From NCBI GenBank assembly GCA_963792965.1, contig CAWBYW010000024.1, positions 1-35,277 of the forward strand: DNA of 35,277 nt, given 5' to 3'. This DNA comes from an uncultured delta proteobacterium (GTDB lineage: Bacteria; Desulfobacterota; Zymogenia; Zymogenales; Zymogenaceae). Each line of letters starts with the position of its first letter. Position 1 is the first letter of the stretch. Positions 8,744 through 18,450 of this stretch are shown in pieces. The notes beneath the pieces were generated by a model that saw nothing but the letters and a program-made list of their open reading frames with translations, was not told the DNA's origin and ran no database searches. The translations under genes and the position numbers were made by a program.

Positions 8744-9892
8744 TTATTTCAATCTCTTATGGAACCTCAAGACGGAAAAAAGCACGGTCGCAACCCCTAT
8801 CACGGAAAGAGCCGTGAGATCAGGCCAGAGGTTGGCCGCGCCGACCCCCTTGAGGAAGATTCCCCGAAGAATACGGATCATATACCGCATGGGATCCGCG
8901 TAGGTAACGATCTGAATGGGGCCGGGCATCGAGTCGATCGGAAAGACAAACCCGCTCAAAAGCATCGCCGGATAGAAAAAGAGAAACGTGCTGAGCCGCG
9001 CCTCCTGCTGGGTAATCGAGATCGTCGAGATGAAAAGCCCCGCGCCGAGGCCGGGCAAGAGAAAGAGCACTGTCACCAGCGCAAGAAGGATGATGTTGCC
9101 CTTGAGGGGGACCCCAAACCAGAGTGTCCCGACCAGGGTAATCAGCGCCACGTCTGCATACCCGATGACGGCAAAGGGCAGCAGCTTACCGATGATAAGC
9201 TCGATTGGTCGGATGGGGGTGACGATGAGTTGTTCCATCGTCCCCAGCTCTCGCTCCTTGACGATGGTCATGGAGGTCCAGATGACCGTGGACTGAGTCA
9301 GGAGGAGGGCGATGATCCCGGGGATGAAATAGTTTCGGCTTTCCAGGTCCTCGTTGAACCAGGTCCGCTCGGTGAGATCCGTCGGCGCGATCTTTACGGG
9401 GACGGCCCCAACCGACCGTATCCCCTTGATTCGCGTGATCTTCTCAGTCAGAAGGTCTTGTGAGTAGTTGTCTATAATCCGGTCGACATAGCTCAGCGTC
9501 ACTGACGCGATGTTGGAGTTCGTGCCGTCCACGACGATAAGGACCCGGGCGCCTTCGCCTCTCTTGACGCCACGCTCGAATCCTTTCTTGATATAGATAA
9601 AGGCGTCGACGGCACCTTTGTCCATGAGCGAGTCGGCCTCCCCGGGTGAAGAGATCCGGTGGGTAACGGTGAAATATTCTCCCGCCTCGAACTTTTCTAT
9701 GAACCCCCGGCTGACCGTCGTCCTGTCCTCATCCAGGAGTGCAAGCGAGATATGTTTCACATCGGTCGTGGCGACGTATCCAAAGATGACGAGCTGTATC
9801 ACCACCGGGAGAATCATGAAGACCCGCGTCCGCCTGTCCCGGAAGATCTGGATGAACTCTTTTCTCATGATGTGGATGATGCGCTCAAACAT
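8744..9892 (-). CDS. ABC-2 permease, YbhR-like (paralog P3, hybrid of P4 N-terminus and P2 body)
   Basis: Same motifs as P4 and P2. First 13 aa are identical to P4; the remainder is closest to P2. Confidence 0.93.
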   Translation of the reverse strand: MFERIIHIMRKEFIQIFRDRRTRVFMILPVVIQLVIFGYVATTDVKHISLALLDEDRTTVSRGFIEKFEAGEYFTVTHRISSPGEADSLMDKGAVDAFIYIKKGFERGVKRGEGARVLIVVDGTNSNIASVTLSYVDRIIDNYSQDLLTEKITRIKGIRSVGAVPVKIAPTDLTERTWFNEDLESRNYFIPGIIALLLTQSTVIWTSMTIVKERELGTMEQLIVTPIRPIELIIGKLLPFAVIGYADVALITLVGTLWFGVPLKGNIILLALVTVLFLLPGLGAGLFISTISITQQEARLSTFLFFYPAMLLSGFVFPIDSMPGPIQIVTYADPMRYMIRILRGIFLKGVGAANLWPDLTALSVIGVATVLFSVLRFHKRLK

Positions 9893-9894
9893 CG
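9854..9894. repeat. 41-bp direct repeat, copy 2 (start of permease P3)
   Basis: gaactcttt-t-ctcatgatgtggatgatgcgctcaaacatcg. Confidence 0.9.
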
Positions 9895-9943
9895 ATCTTT
9901 CCGGTTCCCTTAACGCTCTTCCGACGGCTGCCGGGGATGCTTA

Positions 9944-11095
9944 TCACTTGAGTCTTTTGCTGAATCGCATCGCGGCAAAACCGATCACAAGAAAGCCGAG
10001 GATGAAAAGCCCCAGCATGTCGATCCACAGGTATTGAACCCCGACTCCCTTGAGGAAGATCCCTCGAAGGATGCGGATCATGTATCTCATCGGATCCGCG
10101 TAGGTAACGATCTGCATGGCATCGGGCATCGAATCGATCGGGAAGACGAATCCGCTCATGAGCATCGCCGGGAAGAAAAAAAGAAACGTGCTCATCATCG
10201 CCTCTTGCTGGGTGGCCGATATCGTCGAGATGAAAAGCCCCGCCCCGAGGGCGGGCAACAGAAAGAGTCCGGTCACCAGGAAGAGGAAAACGATGCTCCC
10301 CTTGAGGGGCACGCCGAACCAGAGGGTGCCGACGGAGGTGATCAGCGCCACGTCTATATACCCAATCAGCGCAAACGGGAGGAGCTTGCCCACGATGAGC
10401 TCAAACGACCCGATGGGGGTGACGATGAGCTGTTCCATCGTCCCCACCTCCCGCTCCTTGACGATAGCCATCGAGGTCATCATAACGGCGATCAGCGTCA
10501 ACAGGAGCGCGATGATCCCGGGGACGAAGTAGTTTCGGCTTTCGAGGTCCTCGTTGAACCAGGTCCGCTCCTCGAGGCCCGCCGTCGCGGTCCTGAGCGG
10601 CACGGACGAGCCGGAACTGAGCCCCCGCGCCTGCGTGATCTTTTCCAGGAGGATATCCTGCGAGTAGTCGTTCACGATCCTGTTGACATATCCGAGGGTC
10701 ACCGCCGCCACGTTGGAGTTCGTGCCGTCCACGACGATGAGGACCTCGGCGCCGCGACCGTTCTTGACGGCACGCTCGAACCCCTTCTTGATGTAGATGA
10801 AGGCATCGACGGCGCCCTCATCCATGAGGGAGTCGGCCTCCCGGGGGGAGGAGAGGAGGTGCGTGACGCTGAAATATTCTCCCCCCGCATCGAACTTTTC
10901 GATAAACTGGCGGCTGATAGTCGTCCGGTCTTCATCCAGAAGGGCAAGCGAGATATGCTTCACGTCGTTGGTGGCGGCGTAGCCGAATACGATGAGCTGT
11001 ACCACGGGAGGGAGAAACACCAACAGCCGCATCCGCTTGTCCCGGAAGATCTGTATCATCTCCTTTTTGAAGATATGGACTATCCGCTCCCACAT
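9944..11095 (-). CDS. ABC-2 permease, YbhR-like (paralog P2)
   Basis: KEMIQIFRD, VDGTNSN, WFNEDLESRNYFVPG and KEREVGTMEQLIVTP. Confidence 0.93.
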   Translation of the reverse strand: MWERIVHIFKKEMIQIFRDKRMRLLVFLPPVVQLIVFGYAATNDVKHISLALLDEDRTTISRQFIEKFDAGGEYFSVTHLLSSPREADSLMDEGAVDAFIYIKKGFERAVKNGRGAEVLIVVDGTNSNVAAVTLGYVNRIVNDYSQDILLEKITQARGLSSGSSVPLRTATAGLEERTWFNEDLESRNYFVPGIIALLLTLIAVMMTSMAIVKEREVGTMEQLIVTPIGSFELIVGKLLPFALIGYIDVALITSVGTLWFGVPLKGSIVFLFLVTGLFLLPALGAGLFISTISATQQEAMMSTFLFFFPAMLMSGFVFPIDSMPDAMQIVTYADPMRYMIRILRGIFLKGVGVQYLWIDMLGLFILGFLVIGFAAMRFSKRLK

Positions 11096-11103
11096 ACAGC
11101 GCC

Positions 11104-12235
11104 CTACAATTCTTTCTTAAATTTCCGCATAGCCATCGCAAATATGAGGATCGTAAAGGCGACCAGGAGAAGCCCTTCCCACCAGAGGATGGCGAGCCCC
11201 ACCCCCTTGAGGAATATCCCCTTGAGGATCGTTACGAAGTACCGGGCCGGGACGACGATAGGTGATAGCCTTCAGGACCCACGGCATATTCGAGATGGGG
11301 AAGACAAAGCCGGAGAGAATGAACGACGGCAGGAAGGTGGCCAGGATCGCCATCTGGCTGGCCTGGACCTGTTTCTTGGCGACGATCGATATGAGGATTC
11401 CCATCGACATGGCGCCGATCAAAAAGACCAGCGTGAGGGAAAACAGCAGTACGAGGCTTCCCTTGAGCGGGACCCCGAAGATGACGGTCCCGACCAGGAG
11501 CGCCAGGACAAAGTCGATGAGCCCAAGCTCGACGTAAGGAATCAGCTTTCCGATCAAAAGCTCACTCACCTTCACGGGGGTCGAGATGAGCTGCTCCATC
11601 GTCCCCCGCTCCCACTCCCGGGCGATGGTCAGCGACGTAAGGAGCCCCGCGATGACCATCATGATAACGGCGATCAGGCCGGGGATGATGAAGTTCTTGC
11701 TCTCAAGCTCGGGGTTATACCAGACCCTGACGCGGGCATCCAGTGGGAGGCCGCCGATCGGGACCCCTGCGCGCGACAGCTCTTCCAGGACGTACTGCTG
11801 GGAGAAGAGCGTCGTGATCGCCGAAACGTAGCCCACCAGCACCTGCGCCGTCAGCGGGTCCGTTCCGTCGGTGATCAGCTGGACCTCGGTTCCCCGTGCC
11901 GCCTTGAGGTCGGCGCCGAACCCCCGCGGGATGATGACGGCCGCCTTAACCGTGCCGAGGTCGATGAGCCGGATGACCTCGCTGTATTGATCGGTGTATA
12001 AGATGATGTCGAAGTATTCGATGTGCGAGAATCGCTCGATATATGAGCGACTCTCGGGGGTCTTGTCCCGATCCAGGATGACGGTCTTGATATTACTTAC
12101 GTCCAGCTTCAGTGCCCAGGAAAAAAGGACGATAAGGAGCATCGGGATGCCAAGAGAGAGCATCAGGCTTCTCGTGTCCCTGATGATCTGCTTCCACTCC
12201 TTTCGCATAACCGCCCTGATCCGTCGTATGCTCAT
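11104..12235 (-). CDS. ABC-2 permease, YbhS-like (P1; +1 frameshift near 11255)
   Basis: KEWKQIIRD, WYNPELESKNFIIPG and AREWERGTMEQL. The shifted frame continues VVPARYFVTILKGIFLKG...RKFKKEL* (TAG 11104). Confidence 0.9.
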
Positions 12236-13155
12236 GTCTTCCTCGACAGCTCAAAAAAGACGTCCTCGAGAGAGGGAACGATCTTCCTGACCGACCGGGG
12301 CCCGAGCCCCTGCTTTTCAAGCTCCTTCTCGATCTTCTGTTCGGTGAGTCCGCCCTCGGACACCGACACGTGGATCTTGTCGCCGAAGAAGACCACGTCA
12401 TTGACGCCCTCCATCCCCTTCAAGAGCCGCGTTGCGCCCTTCCCGTCGGCGCACTTGACCTCGATTATCGCCGAGTGGACGCGCTCCCTGATTCGCTGCG
12501 GCGTGTCCGAGACCAGGAGCCTCCCGTCTTCCATGATCCCCACCCGGTGGCAGCGGTCGGCCTCGTCCATGTAGGGCGTAGAGACAAAGATCGTGACCCC
12601 TTCCGCCAGGAGGTCATAGAGGATCTTCCAGAACTCCCTGCGCGAGACCGGGTCGACGCCGTTTGTCGGCTCGTCCAACAGCAAGAGCTCCGGCGTGTGA
12701 ATGAGGGCGCAGGCAAGGCCGAGTTTCTGCTTCATCCCGCCCGAAAGCTTACCGGCGAGTCTCCCGAGGAAGGGGGAGAGTCGGGAGAACTCCATGAGAC
12801 GCTTGAATCGGGTCTCTCGCTCCTTCTTCCCGATAAGATAGAGGTCGGCATAGAAATCGAGGTTTTCGGCGACCGTCAGGTCCTCATAGAGCCCGAAGCG
12901 TTGGGACATATAGCCGATCCGCTCCTTGACGCGCTCGGGTGCCTTGATCACGTCCTGTCCGAGCACCGTTGCCTGGCCGGAATCGGGCCTCAAAACCCCG
13001 GCGAGCATCCGCATGGTCGTGGTCTTCCCCGCCCCGTCCGGACCGATGAGCCCGAAGACCTCCCCCCGCTCTACCTCGAGCCGAAGGCCGCCCACCGCGG
13101 ACACCTCACCATACTTCTTGACGAGGTCGCTGGTCTGGATCGCCAATTCGGTCAA
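12232..13155 (-). CDS. ABC-2 exporter ATP-binding protein (like YbhF first NBD)
   Basis: GPDGAGKTT, LSGGMKQKL, LLLDEPTNGVDP and STPYMDEA. Confidence 0.93.
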   Translation of the reverse strand: MTELAIQTSDLVKKYGEVSAVGGLRLEVERGEVFGLIGPDGAGKTTTMRMLAGVLRPDSGQATVLGQDVIKAPERVKERIGYMSQRFGLYEDLTVAENLDFYADLYLIGKKERETRFKRLMEFSRLSPFLGRLAGKLSGGMKQKLGLACALIHTPELLLLDEPTNGVDPVSRREFWKILYDLLAEGVTIFVSTPYMDEADRCHRVGIMEDGRLLVSDTPQRIRERVHSAIIEVKCADGKGATRLLKGMEGVNDVVFFGDKIHVSVSEGGLTEQKIEKELEKQGLGPRSVRKIVPSLEDVFFELSRKT

Positions 13156-13967
13156 TTGGGATACCTCTGGGTCTTGATGTTGATCTCGGCGTCGGCGGGC
13201 ATCCCCGGCTTCAGCAAGAGCTCCGGATTTTCGAGCTCGATCTTTATGAAAAAGACGAGCTTGGTCCGCTCCTCCTTGGTCTGGACGGTCTTAGGGGTAA
13301 ATTCCGGCTCGTCGGATATCACGGTCACCACACCCGGGAAGGCCCTCCCCGGATAGGAGTCGACATGGATGGTTGCGTCGTCCCCCGTCTTGATAAGCCC
13401 CACGAACGGCTCACCGACGTAGATCTTGATCCAGACGTGGGTGAGGTCGGCAAGGGTCAGAATGGGAGACCCCGGGAAGGCGACCTCTCCTATCTCCTGG
13501 TTCTTGGTGAGCACCGCGCCGTCTATGGGCGAATAGATCTTCGAGTTGGCCAGCGTCGCATCGATATAATCGAGCTGCGACTTGGCGGAGCGGTAGGCCG
13601 TATCCGCCGAATCAAAGTCCATCTTCGCGACGCCGCCCGCAAGATAGAGGGCCCGTATGCGCCTGAGGTTGGCCTCGGCGTTTACGAAGACCGCCTCGGC
13701 GCCCATCCGCTGGGCGAGGAGCTCTTTGGCCTTGATCTCTACCAGGAGATCCCCGGCCTTTACGAGATCGCCTTCGTCGAAATTGATTGCGATGATGTCT
13801 CCGGAAATGCGCGGGCTTACGTCCACCTCGGTCGCCTCGATGGTCCCGGAGCCCGTGATGACGTTGGCATTGTTATTCTTTTTGAAGAAAAGCACGGCCA
13901 CGACGGCGATCACAACCACGACGACTGCGACAACGATCGGAATGATGATCTTTTTCTTATCAACCAT
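13152..13967 (-). CDS. HlyD/YbhG-type membrane fusion protein
   Basis: N-terminal TM anchor, SGTIEATEV, lipoyl halves flanking a short hairpin, EFTPKTVQTKEER and LKPGMPAD. Confidence 0.93.
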   Translation of the reverse strand: MVDKKKIIIPIVVAVVVVVIAVVAVLFFKKNNNANVITGSGTIEATEVDVSPRISGDIIAINFDEGDLVKAGDLLVEIKAKELLAQRMGAEAVFVNAEANLRRIRALYLAGGVAKMDFDSADTAYRSAKSQLDYIDATLANSKIYSPIDGAVLTKNQEIGEVAFPGSPILTLADLTHVWIKIYVGEPFVGLIKTGDDATIHVDSYPGRAFPGVVTVISDEPEFTPKTVQTKEERTKLVFFIKIELENPELLLKPGMPADAEINIKTQRYPN

Positions 13968-13970
13968 ATC

Positions 13971-14633
13971 CTACCCCTGCTTCGGCAAAATTCCATAGGT
14001 AATGAGATCAGTGATCTCGCTCTTCCTTTTTCGGATAATTTGGGGCGTCATGGGGTCCTCTCCCCAAACGGCGCGAACCACGGACTCAGCGAAGAAGAAG
14101 AAGAGAGTCATTCCAACCATGCTGATAACAAGATGCCGCGGTTCCATGGGGCGGATCTTACCCTCCCGTGCCGCCCCTTGAAAGAGATCCATAATCTGCT
14201 CGGTTTGATCGTGGAGGACGCTTCTGACCACCCGTGCGATAATTGTCCCTCCCCGGGCAAGTTCCCAGAGCAGCACCTTCACGAATATGCGATGGGTGTA
14301 GATAAAATCCATGTAGCTGTCGATGAAGGAAGAAATCCCCTCGTACGGACTGCTGACGTCAAGATGGGAAATATGGACGCCGAGGATCTGCGAGACCTCG
14401 CTGAAGACCTGCTCGATGATGACGGTATAGAGGTTTTCTTTCGATTTGAAGTAGTAGTAGATCATCGCCTTGTTGATGCCGGCCTGTGCCGCGATCTCGT
14501 CCGTCCGCGCCCCGTCAAAGCCTTTTTCGGCAAAGACGACGACCGCCGCCGTCAGGATCTTCCGCTCGGACTCGCTGAACCGCGCGAACTCCTTGGCGAG
14601 GTCTGTCTGAATCTGATCACGCTGCGAGGGCAT
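13971..14633 (-). CDS. TetR/AcrR family transcriptional regulator
   Basis: ILTAAVVVFAEKGFDGARTDEIAAQAGINKAMIYYYFKSKENLY. Confidence 0.95.
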   Translation of the reverse strand: MPSQRDQIQTDLAKEFARFSESERKILTAAVVVFAEKGFDGARTDEIAAQAGINKAMIYYYFKSKENLYTVIIEQVFSEVSQILGVHISHLDVSSPYEGISSFIDSYMDFIYTHRIFVKVLLWELARGGTIIARVVRSVLHDQTEQIMDLFQGAAREGKIRPMEPRHLVISMVGMTLFFFFAESVVRAVWGEDPMTPQIIRKRKSEITDLITYGILPKQG

Positions 14634-14723
14634 CTGTTCCTCACTACACGGCGTCCAAGCACCGTGAGGGCGGGCGGTAAAAACACTATATCGCTATAGC
14701 AGAACCGATTCTTTGGCCGTCGC

Positions 14724-15110
14724 TCAGGTTTGACGCCGGGGCGGCAGTCCCCTCCGTAGAAAAAGCGCAGACGGTATCCCGACAAGGATAAGGCCGATGC
14801 CGGAGATGGAGCCGGCAAAACCGCCGAAGTAGGACCCGGTCGCGATGACGGCGATATTGTGGCCAAGGCCGTTGAGCACCATGAAAACGGCATAAAGGAT
14901 CCCGAGGATGTAACCGATACGCCTGCCGGTCAGGATGAGGTAGAAGAAGACGAGAGGGAGCCCGAAAAGAAGCCAATTAATTATGAGATACCATCCCTCG
15001 CTGTTGATCCTGTCCATGATCCAGAAATGCCCCCATACCTCTTCGAAGACGTGGGCCACGTGAAAGAAGAGAAGCAACAAATATGACGCGATGATCCTTT
15101 TCTCAGCCAC
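14724..15110 (-). CDS. HXXEE-domain membrane protein
   Basis: HVAHVFEE and NGLGH motifs with 4 TM segments. GTG at 15110 follows an AAGGAG RBS; the ORF extends to 15146. Confidence 0.8.
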   Translation of the reverse strand: MAEKRIIASYLLLLFFHVAHVFEEVWGHFWIMDRINSEGWYLIINWLLFGLPLVFFYLILTGRRIGYILGILYAVFMVLNGLGHNIAVIATGSYFGGFAGSISGIGLILVGIPSALFLRRGLPPRRQT

Positions 15111-15154
15111 GGCATACTCCTTTTTGTTGCCAGGCACGATCGACACACGACATC

Positions 15155-16529
15155 CTACTTCTTCTCGGGTCCCTCGGCCCCGGTGATTCTCTTGAGCCGG
15201 GCCTTGGCCTCCTCATAGCTATAGAGGGCGTTGAGGTAGTTGAGGCGTGCAGTCGTCAACGCCAGCTGCGCGTCCATCAGCTCAAGGAGGGTGGAGACGC
15301 CGTTATCGTAGCGGACTTCGGCGATCTTGACGGCCTCCTCGGCCTGGGAGGTGTTATACTTTTGGGAATCGACGATCTCTTTTGCCTGTACGAGATCGTA
15401 ATAGGCCACCTTTACGTCAAGCTTCACCTTGTTTGTCGTGTCAAGCATTCCGATCCTCGCCTTCTTGTAGTCGGCGTTGGCCTGCTTGAGCTTGGCGGCC
15501 GAGATAAAGAGGTCCGTCAACGGGACGCTTGCGATCACCGCCGCCGTGAAGTCCCAATCCCAATCGTCGCTCGTTCCACGAGAACTTGGTGGTCGTCCCG
15601 TCGTAGCGCGCGACTGCCGAGATCGTGGGCAGGAACGAGCCCACGGCCATGTTTACCTGTTTGCCGGCGATCTTCTCGCTCTTTCGCGCAATCGTAAGCT
15701 CGGGACTTCCCACGTCGGCCTCCGCGATCATCCGGTCCAGATCGACCGACTCCTCGGAAAACGTCAGGTCGCCCTCGACGTCGAAAGGCTCGTCAACGTC
15801 TATTCCGAGGATTCTCTTGAGGCTCTCTCCGGCCACCGTGAGGTCGTTCTGCGCCTGGATCAGCGGCGGGCGGGCATTGGCCACCTCCACCTCGGCGCGC
15901 AGGAGGTCGAACTTCGAGACCACGCCCACGTCATATTTTTTCTTGGTGATATCGAGCTGGCGGGTCAACAGGTCCAGCGCGTCCGCCCGCACCTTCACCA
16001 CCTCCCGGGCAAGGACAATCGAATAGAAGGCAACCCTGACGTTATAGAGGGTATCGTTGATCGCCTGACGGTACTGCTCGTAGGCGATGTCGTTGGACAG
16101 GTATGCCACGGCGATGCCCGAGATGACCCGCCCCCCGCTGAACAGCGGAACTGTCCCCTCCACCCCAACGTTGTAGCTCTTGTCGGCACCCGGTGAGATA
16201 TCGATATCCGCGGAGGGAATGCCCGGCGCGATGGCGTTTGCAGGAATGAACGTAGTGGGGCTTTGCTCAAAGTAGGTGAAGGTAGCGTCTGCGTTTACCG
16301 ACAGGATGTTGGCCCAGGTCTCCCAGATAACCCCCTTGGTCCGTTTCATCTCCTCGGCTGCGGCAAGAATCGCCGGCGACTGACGCTGAGCGATATGGAT
16401 ACACTCGTCAAGCGAGTACGTGAGGGGGAGCTTGGTCTCCTGGGCGCGGGCGGAAAACGAAAAAAGAACGGTGCAGCAAAACAGGGCGGATACGAAAACA
16501 TACCGCGTTACCATATCTCGAAATCCCAT
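15155..16529 (-). CDS. TolC-family outer membrane efflux protein (+1 frameshift near 15570)
   Basis: Signal peptide, YSLDECIHIA, VPLFSGG, YDVGVVSKFDLLRAEVE and RYDNGVSTLLELMDAQ. Joins ORFs 15441-16529 and 15155-15538. Confidence 0.9.
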
Positions 16530-16582
16530 CGAATCTCTCCATCGTAGGTGGGCAAAAGGCCGAGCCTTCTTTTCGGACGTTG

Positions 16583-16600
16583 TAACTATCTGGTTAGTTA
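16583..16600. promoter_or_regulatory. Palindromic operator, probable TetR site
   Basis: TAACTA-tctggt-TAGTTA, starting 6 nt downstream of the -10 of the tolC operon promoter. Confidence 0.75.
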
Positions 16601-16606
16601 AGGCTC

Positions 16607-16634
16607 ATTATATCAAAGGTCTTCCTCGTGTCAA
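16607..16634 (-). promoter_or_regulatory. Sigma70 promoter of the tolC-ABC operon
   Basis: Minus strand TTGACA-N16-TATAAT (perfect hexamers). Confidence 0.8.
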
Positions 16635-16712
16635 GGGAAATTTCATTTGTCTGTTTTTTTTAGTCACGGACATAGGCGCCCGAGCGCAATGGTCCGGCAG
16701 CGCCGGATCCAT

Positions 16713-17240
16713 TCACACTTCGTTATCGTCAAGATCGAGCTCCGGGGCAGGCGGCTCTTGGGATGCCTCTGTTCCCGGCTCGTCACCGACATACTGGATC
16801 TCGCTTGCCTCCACCATCAACGCGAGGGCTCTCATTCTCACCACCACGTCCAGGAGAATTCCCGTGAACTCCACGTAGTCCCCCACGTTTACTTCCGTGG
16901 GGGCATCCGGCTCATAGAAGGAAAGCTCGATACTGATATCCGTTTCCCAGAAGGCGCCGTTGACCCTCGCGGAAACCCGTTCCTCGAGGGGGAAGACCAC
17001 CACTCCCTGCCCAACGCGGGGAAAACGAGATACCGTGCCCCCCCCAAATATCCGCTTTCGCGCGAGATAATTCTTCAAGTGCCGCCGGAAGAGCTTCTGG
17101 TCGTCGATGAGCGGCAAGAGCTCGCCCACCACCTCCTCGACGTCGAACGGCTCCTCGCTCGTATATGTCGCCTTCCTGATATAGTAGGCCGCGGCGATAA
17201 TCAGGATCAGGAAAAGGGCCAGGAAGCTGAAGTTGAACAA
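16713..17240 (-). CDS. Hypothetical membrane-anchored protein, possible OB-fold, acidic tail
   Basis: N-terminal hydrophobic helix, beta-rich VNVGDYVEFTGIL segment and D/E/P-rich C-terminus. Confidence 0.65.
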   Translation of the reverse strand: MFNFSFLALFLILIIAAAYYIRKATYTSEEPFDVEEVVGELLPLIDDQKLFRRHLKNYLARKRIFGGGTVSRFPRVGQGVVVFPLEERVSARVNGAFWETDISIELSFYEPDAPTEVNVGDYVEFTGILLDVVVRMRALALMVEASEIQYVGDEPGTEASQEPPAPELDLDDNEV

Positions 17241-17259
17241 CGTATGGGCACCCCTGAAT

Positions 17260-17284
17260 AGAGAGGGGGGACGTGATGCCCCCC
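17260..17284 (-). terminator. Possible terminator hairpin after the 3-hydroxyacyl-CoA dehydrogenase
   Basis: Minus strand GGGGGGC-ATCAC-GTCCCCCC followed by TCTCTATT (weak U tract). Confidence 0.4.
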
Positions 17285-17303
17285 GCGGCTGTCTGTGAGC
17301 CCC

Positions 17304-18206
17304 TTACTTCTTTTTCGGATTGAGGAAATCCGGCTGCATGAACTCCGGTGCGGCGCTCCAGTCGTAGAAGCCCTTCTTTGACTTGACGCCCAGCATCCCC
17401 TTATCGATCATATCCTTGAGGGCCTGGGGCGGCTTGTCCTTGGGGTCCTTGCTGTCCCCGTAGTAAGACATCTCGATGTCATAGACCACATCGAGCCCCA
17501 CGTAGTCCATGGCCCCGAAGGGCCCGATGTTCATGCCGGTCATGACCATCCAGCCCCGATCCACGTCCCTGAAGTCGGCAAATCCCCCCGCCCAGATGGC
17601 GAGGGAGTCTTTCTTGATGGCCCGCCAGACGCGGTTGAAGACGAAGCCCATGCATTCCTTCTTGGCCATCAGGGGAATGCAGTTGATGCTCCTGACCCAC
17701 GATTCGGCCGCTTGCAGTGTCTCCTTACTCGTCTTTGCGCATCCCATGATGTCGACGATATTGCGCTGCGAGATGGGGATATAGAAGTGGATGTTCACGA
17801 CCCGGTCGTGACACTGGACGGAATCCAGAACACATGAGACCGGGATCGAGGAAGAGTTTGACGCAAGGATCGTATGGGCGGGCGCCGCCTTCTCCATCTC
17901 GGCGAATACTTTCTTCTTGAGCTCCCGGTTCTCCGGCACCACCTCAAACGCAAGGTCCGAGCCCTTGACGGCATCGGCGAGCGTCGTGTGATAGCTGACC
18001 CGGGCGTTGGCCGCGGCGGCCTCGTCCTTCTTATCCCCAAAATGCATATCGGTGTAGGCCTTCGTGGTGACCTTCGCCGCGTTCAGCATATCTTCCTTCA
18101 CGTCAAACAGCCTCACGGTGTATCCAAAGACTGAGGCGCGGGAAGCGATCTGGCACCCCATAAACCCCGCGCCGACAATCGCAACGGTTTTAATCTTATC
18201 GGCCAT
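17304..18206 (-). CDS. 3-hydroxyacyl-CoA (3-hydroxybutyryl-CoA-like) dehydrogenase
   Basis: VGAGFMGCQIA Rossmann motif, EVVPENRELKKKVF, ASNSSS, NIHFY, GFVFNR, GPFGAMDYVGLD and GVKSKKGFY; AAGGAGG RBS. Confidence 0.92.
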   Translation of the reverse strand: MADKIKTVAIVGAGFMGCQIASRASVFGYTVRLFDVKEDMLNAAKVTTKAYTDMHFGDKKDEAAAANARVSYHTTLADAVKGSDLAFEVVPENRELKKKVFAEMEKAAPAHTILASNSSSIPVSCVLDSVQCHDRVVNIHFYIPISQRNIVDIMGCAKTSKETLQAAESWVRSINCIPLMAKKECMGFVFNRVWRAIKKDSLAIWAGGFADFRDVDRGWMVMTGMNIGPFGAMDYVGLDVVYDIEMSYYGDSKDPKDKPPQALKDMIDKGMLGVKSKKGFYDWSAAPEFMQPDFLNPKKK

Positions 18207-18259
18207 GTTTCTCCTCCTTTAACGACGACCGTTTAATGAAATCACGTCGTAAGAAAAAT

Positions 18260-18288
18260 AATTTATCACAGGCCCGGCTCTATTTCAA
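18260..18288 (-). promoter_or_regulatory. Putative sigma70 promoter
   Basis: TTGAAA-N17-TAAATT with TGn extension, upstream of 18206. Confidence 0.55.
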
Positions 18289-18450
18289 GGAAATATCGGA
18301 CGCGGACGCCATCGGTCCGGACTTGGCGTCGCTCACGATCGTCGAGGGCCACATGAGGAGTGCCTGACCTTACCATAGTACCTTTTGACGATGATCCCCC
18401 ACTGCGGGAAGGAGGAACGGGGCGGTCCCGGATCATTCAGATTCCTCTGA

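Noticed and set aside
10034-12001. 655-aa plus-strand ORF and other long antisense ORFs (e.g. 13365-14699, 33907-35217, 2087-3151)
   Set aside because: They lie opposite well-supported genes, have no motifs, and are expected shadows of GC-rich codon usage.
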